64,000 bases of DNA, taken from Vicinamibacterales bacterium. Its GTDB lineage: Bacteria; Acidobacteriota; Vicinamibacteria; Vicinamibacterales; CAVVIG01. Position numbers and translations under genes: made by a program. The stretch spans positions 5,273 to 69,272 of the forward strand of contig DATKHR010000379.1 of NCBI GenBank assembly GCA_035510155.1, in the 5' to 3' direction. Shown in pieces: positions 29,136-39,599 of this stretch; the stretch's first letter is position 1; the number at the start of each line of letters is the position of its first letter. The notes beneath the pieces are model-generated. The model was given only the letters and a program-made list of their open reading frames with translations, was not told the origin of the DNA and searched no databases.

Positions 29136-30605
29136 CTATCCGGCCCCTCCTGTCTCGATGGCGCGCCTCAGTAGCTCGTTCACGCGTTTCGGGTTCGCCT
29201 TTCCACCCATCGCCTTCATCACTTGCCCGACGAGGAACCCAAAAGCGTTGGTCTTTCCGCCGCTGAATTGTGCGACGGCATCGGCGTTTCTGGCCAGAAC
29301 GTCGGTGATCACCGCCACAATCTTCGACTCATCGTCGATTTGGGTCAGACCCTCGGCCTCTACAATCTCGCGCGCCGAGCGGCCCGAAGCGAGCATCCTG
29401 CCGAATACCTCTTTGCCGATCGTGTGGCTGATCGCGCCGCGCTCTATCAGGACAACGAGGGCTGCCAGCGCGGGTGCCGGCACCTTGGCGCGCACGACGT
29501 CCACATCGTCGGTGCCGAGCTCGTTCAGGGCGGTCCGGACGGGCCCCATTACGAAATTGGCGGTGGGCTTGGGGGGAGCGCCGGCGTCGACGGCGTCCTC
29601 GAAGTATCGGCCGAGACCAGGCTTGAGCGTCAGCGCGACGGCATCGCTTTCACCCAGGCCGCGATCGAGCTGGAGGCGCCGGCGCCAAGCCGCCGGCAAC
29701 TCGGGCAACGCGCGCCGGATCGCGTCGATCCGCTCCGCCGGCGCCAGGAGCGGCGGCAAATCCGGCTCCGGAAAGTAGCGATAGTCGTGCGCCTCCTCTT
29801 TGCTTCGCATGGCGAACGTTCGTCCGCCCGCGGCGTCCCACAGTCGCGTTTCCTGCACCACACGGCCGCCCGCACGAAGCTCCTCGATCTGACGGCCGAT
29901 TTCGAAGTCAATTGCCTTCTCGACGAACCGGAAAGAGTTCAGGTTCTTGATTTCCGTCTTCGTCCCGAGGGAGGCCGTGGCGTCGGGACGGACCGACACG
30001 TTGGCGTCACACCGAAGGCTGCCCTCTTCCATATTGCCGTCGTTGACGCCGATGGCGACCAGCAGCTCCCGGAGGTAGCTAAAGAATGCCGCAGCGTCGT
30101 TCGCCGATCGGAAGTCCGGTTCGGTCACGATCTCGATGAGCGGTGTCCCGGCACGGTTCAGATCGACGTAACTGTGCGCGTCTGAATCGCGGAAGCCTTC
30201 GTGCAGCAGCTTCCCGGCGTCTTCCTCCAGATGAACGCGTTTGATACGGATGTCATACTCCGGCGCCCAGTAGTCGCTTCGTGCGGCAATACGCCCATCG
30301 GTCGCGAGGGGGCGCTCGTACTGCGAAATCTGGTAGCCCTTCGGCAGATCGGGATAGAAGTAGTTCTTGCGCGCGAAAATCGACACGTGGTGAATCGTGC
30401 AGTTCAGAGCGAGCGCGGCGCGAATCGCCGCGTCAGCGGCGGCGTGATTGAGCGCCGGCAGCGCGCCGGGCAGGCCCAGACACACCGGGCAGACGTGGGT
30501 GTTCGGCGGGGCGCCGAACCGCGTGCTGCAGCCGCAGAAGATTTTCGACGCCGTCAGTAGCTGCGCATGGATCTCGAGCCCGATAACAGGCGCGAAGGAG
30601 ATCAC
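29136..30605 (-). CDS. gatB: Asp-tRNA(Asn)/Glu-tRNA(Gln) amidotransferase subunit B
   Basis: ORF as given, 489 aa: VIGLEIHAQL..CPVCLGLPGALP..NYFYPDLPKGYQISQ. Confidence 0.95.
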   Translation of the reverse strand: MISFAPVIGLEIHAQLLTASKIFCGCSTRFGAPPNTHVCPVCLGLPGALPALNHAAADAAIRAALALNCTIHHVSIFARKNYFYPDLPKGYQISQYERPLATDGRIAARSDYWAPEYDIRIKRVHLEEDAGKLLHEGFRDSDAHSYVDLNRAGTPLIEIVTEPDFRSANDAAAFFSYLRELLVAIGVNDGNMEEGSLRCDANVSVRPDATASLGTKTEIKNLNSFRFVEKAIDFEIGRQIEELRAGGRVVQETRLWDAAGGRTFAMRSKEEAHDYRYFPEPDLPPLLAPAERIDAIRRALPELPAAWRRRLQLDRGLGESDAVALTLKPGLGRYFEDAVDAGAPPKPTANFVMGPVRTALNELGTDDVDVVRAKVPAPALAALVVLIERGAISHTIGKEVFGRMLASGRSAREIVEAEGLTQIDDESKIVAVITDVLARNADAVAQFSGGKTNAFGFLVGQVMKAMGGKANPKRVNELLRRAIETGGAG

Positions 30606-30630
30606 GGCCGGAGCGGCCCGCTCGCCTCAT

Positions 30631-32229
30631 TCATTCCGGGACATCTCGGGGCCCGGCTGCGACAATGTCCGCGCCCACGCTCGATTCGAAGGTCTTGAAG
30701 TTGTCGCGGAACATGCGCGCCAGCCTCCACGCTTGCGCGTCGTAGGTCGCGCCATCCGCCCAGGTGTCCCTCGGACGCAGCACGTTCGGCGGGACGTCGG
30801 GACAACTCGCCGGCACGTCGAGGTTGAAGATCGAATCCTTGTGATACGGGACTGAGTCGAGCGCCCCCGACAGCGCCGCGCGAATCATGGCGCGCGTGTG
30901 CGCGATCTTCAGCCGCTTGCCGACGCCGTAGGGGCCGCCGCTCCACCCGGTATTGACCAGCCACACGCGAGCGCGGTGGCGCGCGATCTTCTCGCCGAGC
31001 ATCGCCGCATAACGGCTCGGCGCCAGCGGGAGAAATGGAGCGCCGAAGCAGGTGCTGAAGGTCGCCTTCGGCTCCGTTACGCCCTTCTCCGTGCCGGCGA
31101 CCTTGGCCGTATACCCCGAGAGAAAATGAAACATCGCGGCGGCCGGCGAGAGGCGCGCAATCGGCGGGAGCACCCCGAACGCATCCGCCGTGAGCATGAC
31201 GATGTTGGCCGGATGTCCGCCCTGCCCGGACGGCACGGCGTTGCCGATGAACGAGATGGGGTAAGCGGCGCGCGTGTTCTCGGTCAGCCGGTCGTCGTCG
31301 AGGTCGAGCGCGCGCGTCTCGGGATCCACAACGACGTTCTCGAGCACCGTGCCGAAGCGTCGGGTGGTTGCGTAAATCTCTGGCTCCGCTTCCACGGAGA
31401 GTCGAATCGTTTTCGCATAGCAGCCACCCTCGAAGTTGAACACGCCCCGCTCGCTCCAGCCGTGCTCATCGTCGCCAATGAGCCTCCGGTGCGGATCGCT
31501 CGAAAGCGTCGTCTTGCCCGTACCGGACAGGCCGAAAAACAGCGCGACATCGCCGGCCACCCCAACGTTCGCCGAACAGTGCATCGAGAGGACATTCCGA
31601 AGGGGCAGCAGGTAGTTCAACACCGTGAAGATGGATTTCTTCATTTCGCCCGCGTAGCTGGTGCCGCCGATGAGCACGAGCTTCCGGGCGAAGTTCACGG
31701 CAATCACGACATTGGAGTTCGTTCCGTGGCGAACCGGATCCGCATCGAAGCTCGGCGAATCGATGACCGTGAACTCCGGCGCGCCCGCCGCAGCTGCCGC
31801 GGGATCGTTGATGAACAGGTTGCGGCAGAAGAGGTTATGCCAGGCGAGCTCGGTGATGATCCGGACCGGCAGCCGGTAGGCGGGATCCGCGCCCGCATAG
31901 CAGTCCAACACGAACAGCTCCCGGTTGCGGATCGATGCTGCGTACTCGCGGTACAGCTCGTCGAACTGCTCGGGACTCATCGGACGATTGACCAGGCCCC
32001 AGTTGACGTTCGCGTCGCTCGATGGCTCGCGCACGATGAATTTGTCGTTGGGCGAGCGGCCCGTATGCTGGCCGGTTCGGCACGCGAGAGGACCTTCGGC
32101 GGCAATCACCCCTTCCTGGCGGCGGATGGCTTCCTCGTAAAGCGCGGCGCTCGACAGGTTCCACCGAACGCGATCAACCGTTATCCCGTCCCCCTCGAGC
32201 CCCCGTTCACGGTCAACCTGCGTGCTCAT
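30631..32229 (-). CDS. pckA: phosphoenolpyruvate carboxykinase (ATP)
   Basis: ORF 30631..32367(-) trimmed to ATG 32229 ([10 protein letters not shown]), preceded by GGAGCAGGAG. Contains TGRSPNDKF and [11 protein letters not shown]. Confidence 0.92.
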   Translation of the reverse strand: MSTQVDRERGLEGDGITVDRVRWNLSSAALYEEAIRRQEGVIAAEGPLACRTGQHTGRSPNDKFIVREPSSDANVNWGLVNRPMSPEQFDELYREYAASIRNRELFVLDCYAGADPAYRLPVRIITELAWHNLFCRNLFINDPAAAAAGAPEFTVIDSPSFDADPVRHGTNSNVVIAVNFARKLVLIGGTSYAGEMKKSIFTVLNYLLPLRNVLSMHCSANVGVAGDVALFFGLSGTGKTTLSSDPHRRLIGDDEHGWSERGVFNFEGGCYAKTIRLSVEAEPEIYATTRRFGTVLENVVVDPETRALDLDDDRLTENTRAAYPISFIGNAVPSGQGGHPANIVMLTADAFGVLPPIARLSPAAAMFHFLSGYTAKVAGTEKGVTEPKATFSTCFGAPFLPLAPSRYAAMLGEKIARHRARVWLVNTGWSGGPYGVGKRLKIAHTRAMIRAALSGALDSVPYHKDSIFNLDVPASCPDVPPNVLRPRDTWADGATYDAQAWRLARMFRDNFKTFESSVGADIVAAGPRDVPE

Positions 32230-32338
32230 CCAAGACTCCTGCTCCGGCGCCGTCGGCCATCCGATCTCGCGTCGGACCGCCGGTGGCTGAGAGCTGATTG
32301 CTAAGTATATGAAAGTCCAATCACATACGAAGCCGTAG

Positions 32339-32367
32339 ATCCTAACCCTGCCGATCGGTCGAGTCAA
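32339..32367 (-). promoter_or_regulatory. candidate sigma-70 promoter of pckA
   Basis: Minus strand TTGACT (32367-32362), a 17-nt spacer, then TAGGAT (32344-32339), in the AT-rich part of the intergenic region. Confidence 0.4.
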
Positions 32368-32391
32368 TCAAATGTGACACTTCGAGTACAC

Positions 32392-32420
32392 TGTAAACAT
32401 CAACTTGGCAGTATCGTAAT
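32392..32420 (+). promoter_or_regulatory. candidate ECF-type promoter upstream of the ECF sigma gene
   Basis: TGTAAAC-N16-CGTAAT resembles the AAC..CGT architecture of ECF promoters. It ends 6 nt before an in-frame ATG at 32427. Confidence 0.3.
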
Positions 32421-32660
32421 GCCCCAATGAGTGCAGACCACCAGACGCAGCGGCGGGCCAACAACGAGAGCCGGCGGGCTGCGGCTCGGGAGGAAGGGAG
32501 CCTTCGGACTGCTCCCAACCCCACCCTCCAGCCGCCCGCTCCGGGGGCTGGCGTCCGTCAACAGCCGGGCGGCCCGGAGAGGTCCCACAGCCCTCATACC
32601 CCGCTCAGCGACGATACGAGGCTTGCGGTCGATATCCGCGGCCGCGTCGAGCGAGGGGCG

Positions 32661-33191
32661 ATGGACGAGGCGCGCGAGCGCTTCGAAGAACTGGTCGCGT
32701 TGCATCAGCGTCGCGCGTCACGAATCGCCTATCAGTACCTGCGAGACGCGTCGGAAGCGGACGAGGCGGTTCAGGACGCCTTCGTCAAGGCCTTCAGCCA
32801 TATCTCGTCGTATCGCGAGGCGTGGCCGTTCGAGGTCTGGTTTACCCGGATTCTGGTCAACGGCTGCCTGGACCGCCGCAAAGCGCGGGGCCGGCGCGAT
32901 CGCTGGTTGGTGCCGGGCGAGGTGTCACGCGCGGATGAGGCAAGAGCATCGGCGGCCCATCTCGCGAGCGATCCGGAACAGCAGCTGCTGGCCCGTGAGC
33001 GCCGGGAGCGAATCGCCGCGGCCGTCGATCGCCTGGATGGACGACAACGGACCGTCTTCATGCTGAGCCAATACGGCGACTGCACGCCGAAAGAGATCAG
33101 CGCCATCACGGGACTCAATGAATCGACCGTGCGCGTTCACCTGTTCCGGGCTGCCCGCAAACTTCGCGGATTACTGGGAGGCACGCCGTGA
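32661..33191 (+). CDS. ECF (sigma-70 family) RNA polymerase sigma factor
   Basis: ORF 32427..33191(+) trimmed to ATG 32661 (MDEARERFEELV). Region 2 DAFVKAF..WFTRILVNGCLD and region 4 TPKEISAITGLNESTVRVHLFRARKL-like. A 78-codon N-terminal extension from ATG 32427 cannot be excluded. Confidence 0.85.
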   Translation: MDEARERFEELVALHQRRASRIAYQYLRDASEADEAVQDAFVKAFSHISSYREAWPFEVWFTRILVNGCLDRRKARGRRDRWLVPGEVSRADEARASAAHLASDPEQQLLARERRERIAAAVDRLDGRQRTVFMLSQYGDCTPKEISAITGLNESTVRVHLFRAARKLRGLLGGTP

Positions 33192-33805
33192 ACCATCGCG
33201 CGCATCTCGCCGAAGAGCAACTGTTTGATTGCTACCTCGCCGAGCGCAACGGCGAAATCGTGGATCCGCCGGCCGCCGAGCACCTCGCTGATTGTGAGCC
33301 TTGCGCGGCCAGGTATTCCGACCTCGCCCGCTTCATGGACGGTTTGACTGAGGAGGCCGTTTTAGGGGCGGACGCGGTGTTTACTCCCGAGCGCCTGCGC
33401 GCCCAGCAGCAGCAGATCGCGCGGCGCCTGGAACGTCTCCGGCAGCCGGCGCGCATCATCAGCTTTCCCAGTCAATTGGTTCGCCGAACGATGACGGCGT
33501 CCCGCTCGCACGCGACGCCGCGGTGGGTCGCGGGCGCGGCCGCGGCCGGCCTCTTTGTCGGCGTCGCCGTCGGCGCGTCGTACCAGCGCGGATCCCACAT
33601 CCGCGGCGTGGAGCAGACGCTGGCGAGGCAGGCGGCGACCAACCGCCTGGCGCCTGTTGCGGCCCGTGGAGGGAGCCCGGCCCAAATCGCGGCGGACGAA
33701 GCGTTTCTGTCCGATCTGGAAGTGGCACTCGAACGGCCGCACACGCGTGAGCTCGTTGCGTTCGATGCGCTGACGCCGCACGTGCGCGAGGTAAAGGCGC
33801 CGTAG
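33188..33805 (+). CDS. anti-sigma factor (zf-HC2 type, single TM)
   Basis: ORF as given. GTGA overlap with the sigma gene. HLADCEPC (H-x3-C-x2-C) motif and TM segment WVAGAAAAGLFVGVAVGA. Confidence 0.7.
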   Translation: MNHRAHLAEEQLFDCYLAERNGEIVDPPAAEHLADCEPCAARYSDLARFMDGLTEEAVLGADAVFTPERLRAQQQQIARRLERLRQPARIISFPSQLVRRTMTASRSHATPRWVAGAAAAGLFVGVAVGASYQRGSHIRGVEQTLARQAATNRLAPVAARGGSPAQIAADEAFLSDLEVALERPHTRELVAFDALTPHVREVKAP

Positions 33806-33821
33806 GGCCAGGGACCACTGA

Positions 33822-34994
33822 TTGCCGTCTCTGATCTTCCGCAAGGGGCTCGATCTCAAACAGGCCGTCGCGAGCGTGCTCTCCGACAGCTACCACAGCG
33901 ACCTGGTCGAGCGTGTCAAGGCGGACAATTTCACCTATAAGGCCGGACGCCTGACCGTCCACCTGGCGCGCGAGTTTGGCTTCTGTTACGGCGTTGATCG
34001 TGCTGTTGATTACGCCTATCAGACGCGCGCGCGTTTTCAGGATCGGCAGGTCTTTCTGACCGGTGAAATCATCCACAACCCGCACGTCAACGAGAAGCTG
34101 CGGGGGCAAGGCATCCGATTCTTGAGCGATGACCCGACGGCCATCGATCGCCTGGGTCCGGACGATGTCGTGATCATTCCTGCGTTCGGCGTCACGGTAT
34201 CGATGCTGCAACGGTTGGACCGGAGTGGGGCCACGCTCGTGGACACCACATGCGGATCGGTGCTCAACGTCTGGAAGAACGTGCGCCGCTACGCGGAGGG
34301 CGGCTATACCTCGATCATTCACGGCAAGGTCTGGCACGAAGAGACGCAGGCGACGGCGTCGCACGCCGTCGAGTTCGGCGGGCGGTACCTCGTCGTCTAC
34401 GACCGAAGCGAGACGGCGTCGGTCTGCGACTACATTCGACGGGGCGAGGACGCGAAGCGTCTCTTACAGAGATTTGCGAACGCCGTCTCGCCCGGTTTCG
34501 ATGCCGCAAGCGACCTGGAGCGGATCGGCCTCGCCAACCAGACGACGATGCTCATGAGCGAGTCCCTTGAGATTGGGGACATGCTCCGCGCGGCCATGCA
34601 GGATCGGTACGGCGAGAGCGAACTCGAAGCGCGGTACACGGCTTTCGACACGATCTGCAGCGCGACCCAAGACCGGCAGGACGCCGTTGTCGGCCTGCTC
34701 CGGGACGAGCGGATCGATCTGATGCTCGTGATCGGCGGGTACAACAGCAGCAACACCGCCAACCTGGCGCGCCTCTGCGCCGAACGGGTCCCCACCTATC
34801 ATGTTGCCGACCCGGAATGCCTGCTCTCTGCCAGCGAAATCCAATACCGCCCGGTCGGTGCGAATGCCGAGGTGAGGGCGAGCGGCTGGCTTCCATGCCA
34901 AGGCCCAGTGAGCGTCGGCTTGACTTCTGGGGCCTCTACGCCAGACAACCTCGTCGGGGCCGCCATCGTCAGGCTGGAGGCGTTCTCCCGATAG
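33822..34994 (+). CDS. ispH: 4-hydroxy-3-methylbut-2-enyl diphosphate reductase (long form)
   Basis: ORF as given (TTG start), 390 aa: FGFCYGVDRAV..GEIIHNPHV..TTCGSVLNVW..NSSNT. Confidence 0.88.
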   Translation: MPSLIFRKGLDLKQAVASVLSDSYHSDLVERVKADNFTYKAGRLTVHLAREFGFCYGVDRAVDYAYQTRARFQDRQVFLTGEIIHNPHVNEKLRGQGIRFLSDDPTAIDRLGPDDVVIIPAFGVTVSMLQRLDRSGATLVDTTCGSVLNVWKNVRRYAEGGYTSIIHGKVWHEETQATASHAVEFGGRYLVVYDRSETASVCDYIRRGEDAKRLLQRFANAVSPGFDAASDLERIGLANQTTMLMSESLEIGDMLRAAMQDRYGESELEARYTAFDTICSATQDRQDAVVGLLRDERIDLMLVIGGYNSSNTANLARLCAERVPTYHVADPECLLSASEIQYRPVGANAEVRASGWLPCQGPVSVGLTSGASTPDNLVGAAIVRLEAFSR

Positions 34995-35108
34995 GGGCAA
35001 AGAGGCGCCCGCACCTGACGTTCCCTCGTAAAAATTTGTCACCCCACTAAATAACGGTTGAGGGTTTGTCGTATTCCCTGAAGTAACTGTATATTCAGAG
35101 GTTTACGA

Positions 35109-35540
35109 ATGACGCATAGATGGCGGTCCGGGGCGGCGGTTGCGCTCTTGCTGCTGGCACTTGGAGCGCGCGTTCGCGGACAATCGTTCGGTTTTCCGTG
35201 GTGGCGGGATGCGCAGTTTCAACGCGACCTCTCCCTGACCCCGGAGCAAAGTGCCAAGATCGACGCGGTCTTCCAGCAGACCATCCCGAGCCTTCGGGAG
35301 CAGAAAACCGACCTCGACGCACAGGAAGAAGAGTTGTCCCGGATGATCGCGGCCAACGCTGACGAAGCGGCGGTGACGCGGCAGGTCGACAAGGTCGAGG
35401 CCATTCGGGCCAACATGAACAAGAAGCGGACACTCATGCTCCTCCATATGCGCCAGGTGCTGTCGCCGGAGCAGCGGGTCAAGCTCAACAAGCTGCACGA
35501 TCAATGGGAAAAGGATCATCGCCGCGAGCGCGGCAAATGA
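35109..35540 (+). CDS. periplasmic Spy/CpxP-family (LTXXQ) protein
   Basis: ORF as given, 143 aa. Signal peptide, then LTPEQ and LSPEQ motifs. Confidence 0.7.
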   Translation: MTHRWRSGAAVALLLLALGARVRGQSFGFPWWRDAQFQRDLSLTPEQSAKIDAVFQQTIPSLREQKTDLDAQEEELSRMIAANADEAAVTRQVDKVEAIRANMNKKRTLMLLHMRQVLSPEQRVKLNKLHDQWEKDHRRERGK

Positions 35541-37285
35541 ACACGGGGAGTGACATGGAACGGAGAGGACTCACGCGGTGGCTCACGACCGCTCAGACGA
35601 TCGTCGCGCTTGGAATCGCGGCGACGGCGCACGCGCAGTTGACTGAGGCGCGCATACAGGAGCTCATCAAGCAGGCGGCCGACAACGCGGCGCGGTCCGG
35701 GGATCGCCTCGCAACGAATCAAACCGCGCAGACGCAAGCGGCCGGCCAGGCGCGCCCGGTTGTCCAGTTGACGCTCGAGGATGCAGTGAAGTTCGCGCTC
35801 GACCGGAACCTCGACATAGCAGTCCAACGGCTCAACCCGCAGGTCAACGATATTTCCATCGCGAGCATCCAGTCCACGTACCATCCGGCGCTGACCTCGA
35901 CCCTCGCCACACAGTCTACGGTCACACCTGCGAACACCACGCTGGCAGGCACGAATCTCGCGGGGACGCCGATCACCGCCGGTTTGTCAACTTGGAACGG
36001 GGGGATAGGCCAGAATGTCCCCTGGGGGGGCGGTTCGTACAGCATCTTGTTGAACAACAACAAAACGACGACGACCAGCTTGAACACGTTGTACAACCCT
36101 GCGTACAACACGAATTGGTCCGCCACCTACACGCAGCCGCTGTTCAGAAATCTGCGCATCGATTCGACGCGGCGGTCACTTCAGATCACGAAGGTGAGCC
36201 GCGACATCTCGGACGTGCAGCTTCGCGCGACGATCACGAACACTCTCTCGAACGTGCGCAATGCGTACTGGGATTATGTCTACGCCGTGCAAGCGGTTGA
36301 CGTTGCGCAAGAGTCGGTGAACTTGGCCAATCAGCTCGTAAAGGACAATCAGACGCGCGTGGAGGTCGGGACCATGGCGCCGATCGACGTCGTGCAGGCG
36401 CAATCGCAGTCGGCGACGGCCCGTCAAAACCTTGCCACGGCTGTTCAAGCCCGCGACACGGCGGAGCTGGCGCTCAAACGCCTTCTCGTCAGCGGCACGC
36501 AAGACGCGAACTGGAGCGCGCATCTGGATCCTGTCGATCGCCCGGACTTTAGCCCTGAACCGATCGACGTGCAGGCGGCGGTGCGCCGAGCGCTCAGCGA
36601 ACGGACCGATCTCGACATCGCGCGGAAGAACGAGGAACAGAACAACGTCACGTTGAAGTACCTCAACGACCAGATGAAACCACAACTGGATGTCGTCGGT
36701 ACATACGGACTGGTCGGTCTTGGAGGCGCGCAGTACACATATCCTGAGGGCACAACCGGCATAAACCGCGTCCCGAACGGTTCCATTCCCGGCGCCTTCG
36801 GCGACGCGCTGTCGTCTCTTTTTACGACCAACTATCCACGCTGGACCGCCCAGCTGAACTTCAGCTATCCGCTCGGGTACAGCGCCCAGCAAGCCTCAGT
36901 CGCCCGCGCACGCGTGCAATTGAACCAAGTACAGGCGCAAGTCAAGCAGATCGAGCTGCAGGTGGCAACTGACGTCACCAACGCGGCAATCAACGTGCAG
37001 AGCGGCATCGAGCGCGTTCAGGCGGCCCAGGCCGCGCGCGAGCTGGCGCAAAAGACGCTGGAGGCGGAACAGAGCAAGTTCGAAGTCGGGATGTCGACGA
37101 ACTACAACGTGATTCTGACGCAACGCGACCTGTCCACCGCTCAAATCAACGAACTGCAGGCCGTGCTCAACTACCGCAAGTCGCTCGTGGAACTCGAGCG
37201 CCTGCAACAGACGACGCTGCAGAATCTGAACGTGACCATACTGAGCCCGACGCCGGCGGGGACGATCACAGTCGCGCCACAATAG
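35537..37285 (+). CDS. TolC-family outer membrane efflux protein
   Basis: ORF 35504..37285(+) trimmed to ATG 35537, an ATGA overlap with the upstream stop. Signal peptide ..ATAHAQ. Two TolC-like repeats (LTLEDAVKFALDRNLDI.., coiled-coil/beta alternation). Confidence 0.85.
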   Translation: MNTGSDMERRGLTRWLTTAQTIVALGIAATAHAQLTEARIQELIKQAADNAARSGDRLATNQTAQTQAAGQARPVVQLTLEDAVKFALDRNLDIAVQRLNPQVNDISIASIQSTYHPALTSTLATQSTVTPANTTLAGTNLAGTPITAGLSTWNGGIGQNVPWGGGSYSILLNNNKTTTTSLNTLYNPAYNTNWSATYTQPLFRNLRIDSTRRSLQITKVSRDISDVQLRATITNTLSNVRNAYWDYVYAVQAVDVAQESVNLANQLVKDNQTRVEVGTMAPIDVVQAQSQSATARQNLATAVQARDTAELALKRLLVSGTQDANWSAHLDPVDRPDFSPEPIDVQAAVRRALSERTDLDIARKNEEQNNVTLKYLNDQMKPQLDVVGTYGLVGLGGAQYTYPEGTTGINRVPNGSIPGAFGDALSSLFTTNYPRWTAQLNFSYPLGYSAQQASVARARVQLNQVQAQVKQIELQVATDVTNAAINVQSGIERVQAAQAARELAQKTLEAEQSKFEVGMSTNYNVILTQRDLSTAQINELQAVLNYRKSLVELERLQQTTLQNLNVTILSPTPAGTITVAPQ

Positions 37286-37318
37286 GTTGCACTCAACAGG
37301 AACGACCGAGACCCTCTC

Positions 37319-38797
37319 ATGAAGCGAGCGACTACGGTTCTCCTCCTCATTGCCGCCATCGGGGCCGGGGCCGGCGCGTTTTACTACAGGCACAACGGCA
37401 ACGAGGTTCAGGTGAATACCTCCTCGGTTTCGCGTGGCGAAATCGTCGACACCGTCGGCGCCACAGGGACGCTGCAGGCAGTGGTCACCGTGCAGGTCGG
37501 GAGTCAGGTGTCGGGCACCATCAGCTGGCTGGGGGCCGACTTCAATTCAATCGTCAAGAAGGGCCAGGTGATCGCCAGACTCGAGCCGTCCTTGTTCGAG
37601 GCGGAGGTGGCGCAGGCCAAGGCGAACCTGATCAAGTCCCAGGCGGACGTCGAGCACAACAAAGTGGCGTTGACCGACGCCCAGCAGAAGTACGCGCGCA
37701 CCAAGGAGCTCGCTGCGAGGAACCTGCTGCCGCAGAGCGATCTCGACGCGGCGAAGATCGCGGTGGACTCGGCGGCGGCGATGTTGCGGTCGTCCGAAGC
37801 GACCGTCGAGCAGGCGAAGGCCACGCTCAACCAGAACCAGGTGAACCTCGAGCACTCCATTATCGAGGCGCCGATCGACGGCATCGTGACCCAGCGCAGC
37901 GTCGACGTCGGCCAGACGGTGGCCGCGAGCATGCAGGCGCCGACGCTGTTCATCATCGCCGCAGACCTGACCAAGATGCAGGTCAACGCGAACATTGACG
38001 AAGCGGACGTGGGGCGCATCCGCCCGCATCAACACGTGACGTTCCGCGTGGACGCGTATCCCACCGACGTCTTCGAAGGCACGGTCGCGCAAATCCGCTT
38101 ACAGCCGGTCGTCGTGCAGAACGTCACGACTTACGGCACCGTCATCGACGTGCCGAACGCGGAGCTGAAGCTCAAGCCGGGGATGACCGCGAACGTCAAG
38201 GTCGAGATTGCCAGGAAGAGCGACACGCTGCGCATCCCGAACACGGCACTGCGCTTCAGGCCGACGACAGACATGTTCACGGCGCTGAACCAGGCCATCC
38301 CGCCGGAGGTTCAGTTCGCAGGCGGCGGGCGGACCGGACCGCGTGGCCCGGGTGGGTCGGGTCAGTCGAGTGGGTCGGGTGGGTCGGGTCGGTCGAGTGG
38401 AACGGGCGCGTCCAGTGCTTCCCCAACGCTCGCGACGCCCCAGCCGCCTCAGGTGGCCAAAAGGCCGTCCGAGCTGCTCAAACCCAAATACGGCAGCATC
38501 CAACAGGCCCAGACGATTGACGCGTTGTTTGCGCCCCTGCCGACGGTGGAAACGCGCGGGCGGGTGTGGTTGTTCATCGATCATCAGCTCAAGCCGGTCA
38601 ATCTCCGCCTGGGGATTACCGATGGCACCAACACGGAAGTCTTGAGCGGAGAGCTGCAGGACAAGACAGAAGTAGTCACGAGCATCACCGGCCTCGGCTC
38701 GACCCGGGGGACCGCCAACACAGGTACAGGTAACCCGTTGATGCCGGGAGGGCGTGGCCCGGGCGGATTCGGCGGCGGAGGCCGAGGCGGCCGATAA
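37319..38797 (+). CDS. efflux periplasmic adaptor (HlyD/MacA-like) with G/S/P-rich C-terminal insertions
   Basis: ORF as given, 492 aa: [31 protein letters not shown]..coiled coil..[10 protein letters not shown]. Confidence 0.85.
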   Translation: MKRATTVLLLIAAIGAGAGAFYYRHNGNEVQVNTSSVSRGEIVDTVGATGTLQAVVTVQVGSQVSGTISWLGADFNSIVKKGQVIARLEPSLFEAEVAQAKANLIKSQADVEHNKVALTDAQQKYARTKELAARNLLPQSDLDAAKIAVDSAAAMLRSSEATVEQAKATLNQNQVNLEHSIIEAPIDGIVTQRSVDVGQTVAASMQAPTLFIIAADLTKMQVNANIDEADVGRIRPHQHVTFRVDAYPTDVFEGTVAQIRLQPVVVQNVTTYGTVIDVPNAELKLKPGMTANVKVEIARKSDTLRIPNTALRFRPTTDMFTALNQAIPPEVQFAGGGRTGPRGPGGSGQSSGSGGSGRSSGTGASSASPTLATPQPPQVAKRPSELLKPKYGSIQQAQTIDALFAPLPTVETRGRVWLFIDHQLKPVNLRLGITDGTNTEVLSGELQDKTEVVTSITGLGSTRGTANTGTGNPLMPGGRGPGGFGGGGRGGR

Positions 38798-38799
38798 CC

Positions 38800-39594
38800 A
38801 TGCCTCCCGTCATCGCGGTCAGGAATCTCGTCAAGACCTACGTGGTCGGCGAGGTGGAGGTGAGGGCGCTTCGCGGCGTGAACCTCGAGGTCCAGCCGGG
38901 AGAATTCGTTGCGGTCACGGGGCCGTCAGGATCCGGCAAATCGACGTTCATGCACATCGCCGGGTGCCTCGATCGCCCCACATCGGGCCAGTACCTCCTG
39001 GACGGTCAGGACGTCTCGCGAATGTCGAAAGACGCCCTGGCGGCCGTCCGCAATAGGAAGATTGGCTTCGTGTTTCAGGGTTTCAACCTGCTGTCGCGCA
39101 CGTCCGCGCTCGACAACGTCGAGTTACCGTTGTTATACGGCGGCCATACAATGAAGACAGCGGATCGCCACAAGCGGGCGATGGCCATGCTCGAAGCCGT
39201 TGGATTGGGCGAGCGGTCCGACCATCACCCCAATCAGCTGTCGGGCGGCCAGCAGCAGCGCGTCGCGATTGCGCGCGCGCTGATCAATAACCCGGCGATT
39301 CTGCTGGCCGACGAGCCGACTGGGAACCTCGACACGCGAACGAGCATCGAAGTGATGGGACTCTTTCAGCAGCTCAACCTGCAACGCGGCATCACGGTGC
39401 TCCTCATCACGCACGAGATCGATATCGCCGAGTACGGCACGCGCGTCGTGTCATTCCGTGACGGGCTGGTTGTCGCCGACCGGGCGGTCACGAGTCGCCG
39501 CAACGCGGTCGAAGAGCTCGCCAACCTCCCGCCGGCCCAGGACGTTCCCGAAAGGGCCGAGGCCAATATGCTTCAACCAGCGGACGCCGGCTAG
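38800..39594 (+). CDS. ABC transporter ATP-binding protein (MacB/LolD-type)
   Basis: ORF as given, 264 aa: [35 protein letters not shown]. Confidence 0.92.
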   Translation: MPPVIAVRNLVKTYVVGEVEVRALRGVNLEVQPGEFVAVTGPSGSGKSTFMHIAGCLDRPTSGQYLLDGQDVSRMSKDALAAVRNRKIGFVFQGFNLLSRTSALDNVELPLLYGGHTMKTADRHKRAMAMLEAVGLGERSDHHPNQLSGGQQQRVAIARALINNPAILLADEPTGNLDTRTSIEVMGLFQQLNLQRGITVLLITHEIDIAEYGTRVVSFRDGLVVADRAVTSRRNAVEELANLPPAQDVPERAEANMLQPADAG

Positions 39595-39599
39595 TTGCC

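Noticed and set aside
32488-32516. GGGAGGAAGGGAGCC..UUCG hairpin reminiscent of the SRP RNA GGAA-motif region
   Set aside because: It lacks the conserved symmetric and asymmetric loop sequence and the long helix 8/5 context of 4.5S RNA. The resemblance is limited to a purine-rich run.
35087-35098. CTGTATATTCAG upstream of the efflux operon as a LexA box
   Set aside because: The spacing is CTGT-N4-TCAG, not CTGT-N8-ACAG, and it does not match other known SOS box types I can recall.
35155-35169. TGGCAC-N8-GC, a sigma-54 promoter-like spacing
   Set aside because: It is inside the signal-peptide codons of the Spy-like gene. The -12 region is GCGC rather than TTGC, and no gene lies downstream to serve.
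38352-38400. G/S-coding repeat in the MacA-like gene as a fifth member of the heptamer family
   Set aside because: The period is 27 nt and in frame, there is no complementary arm, and the unit sequence is unrelated. It is better explained as a coding tandem duplication.
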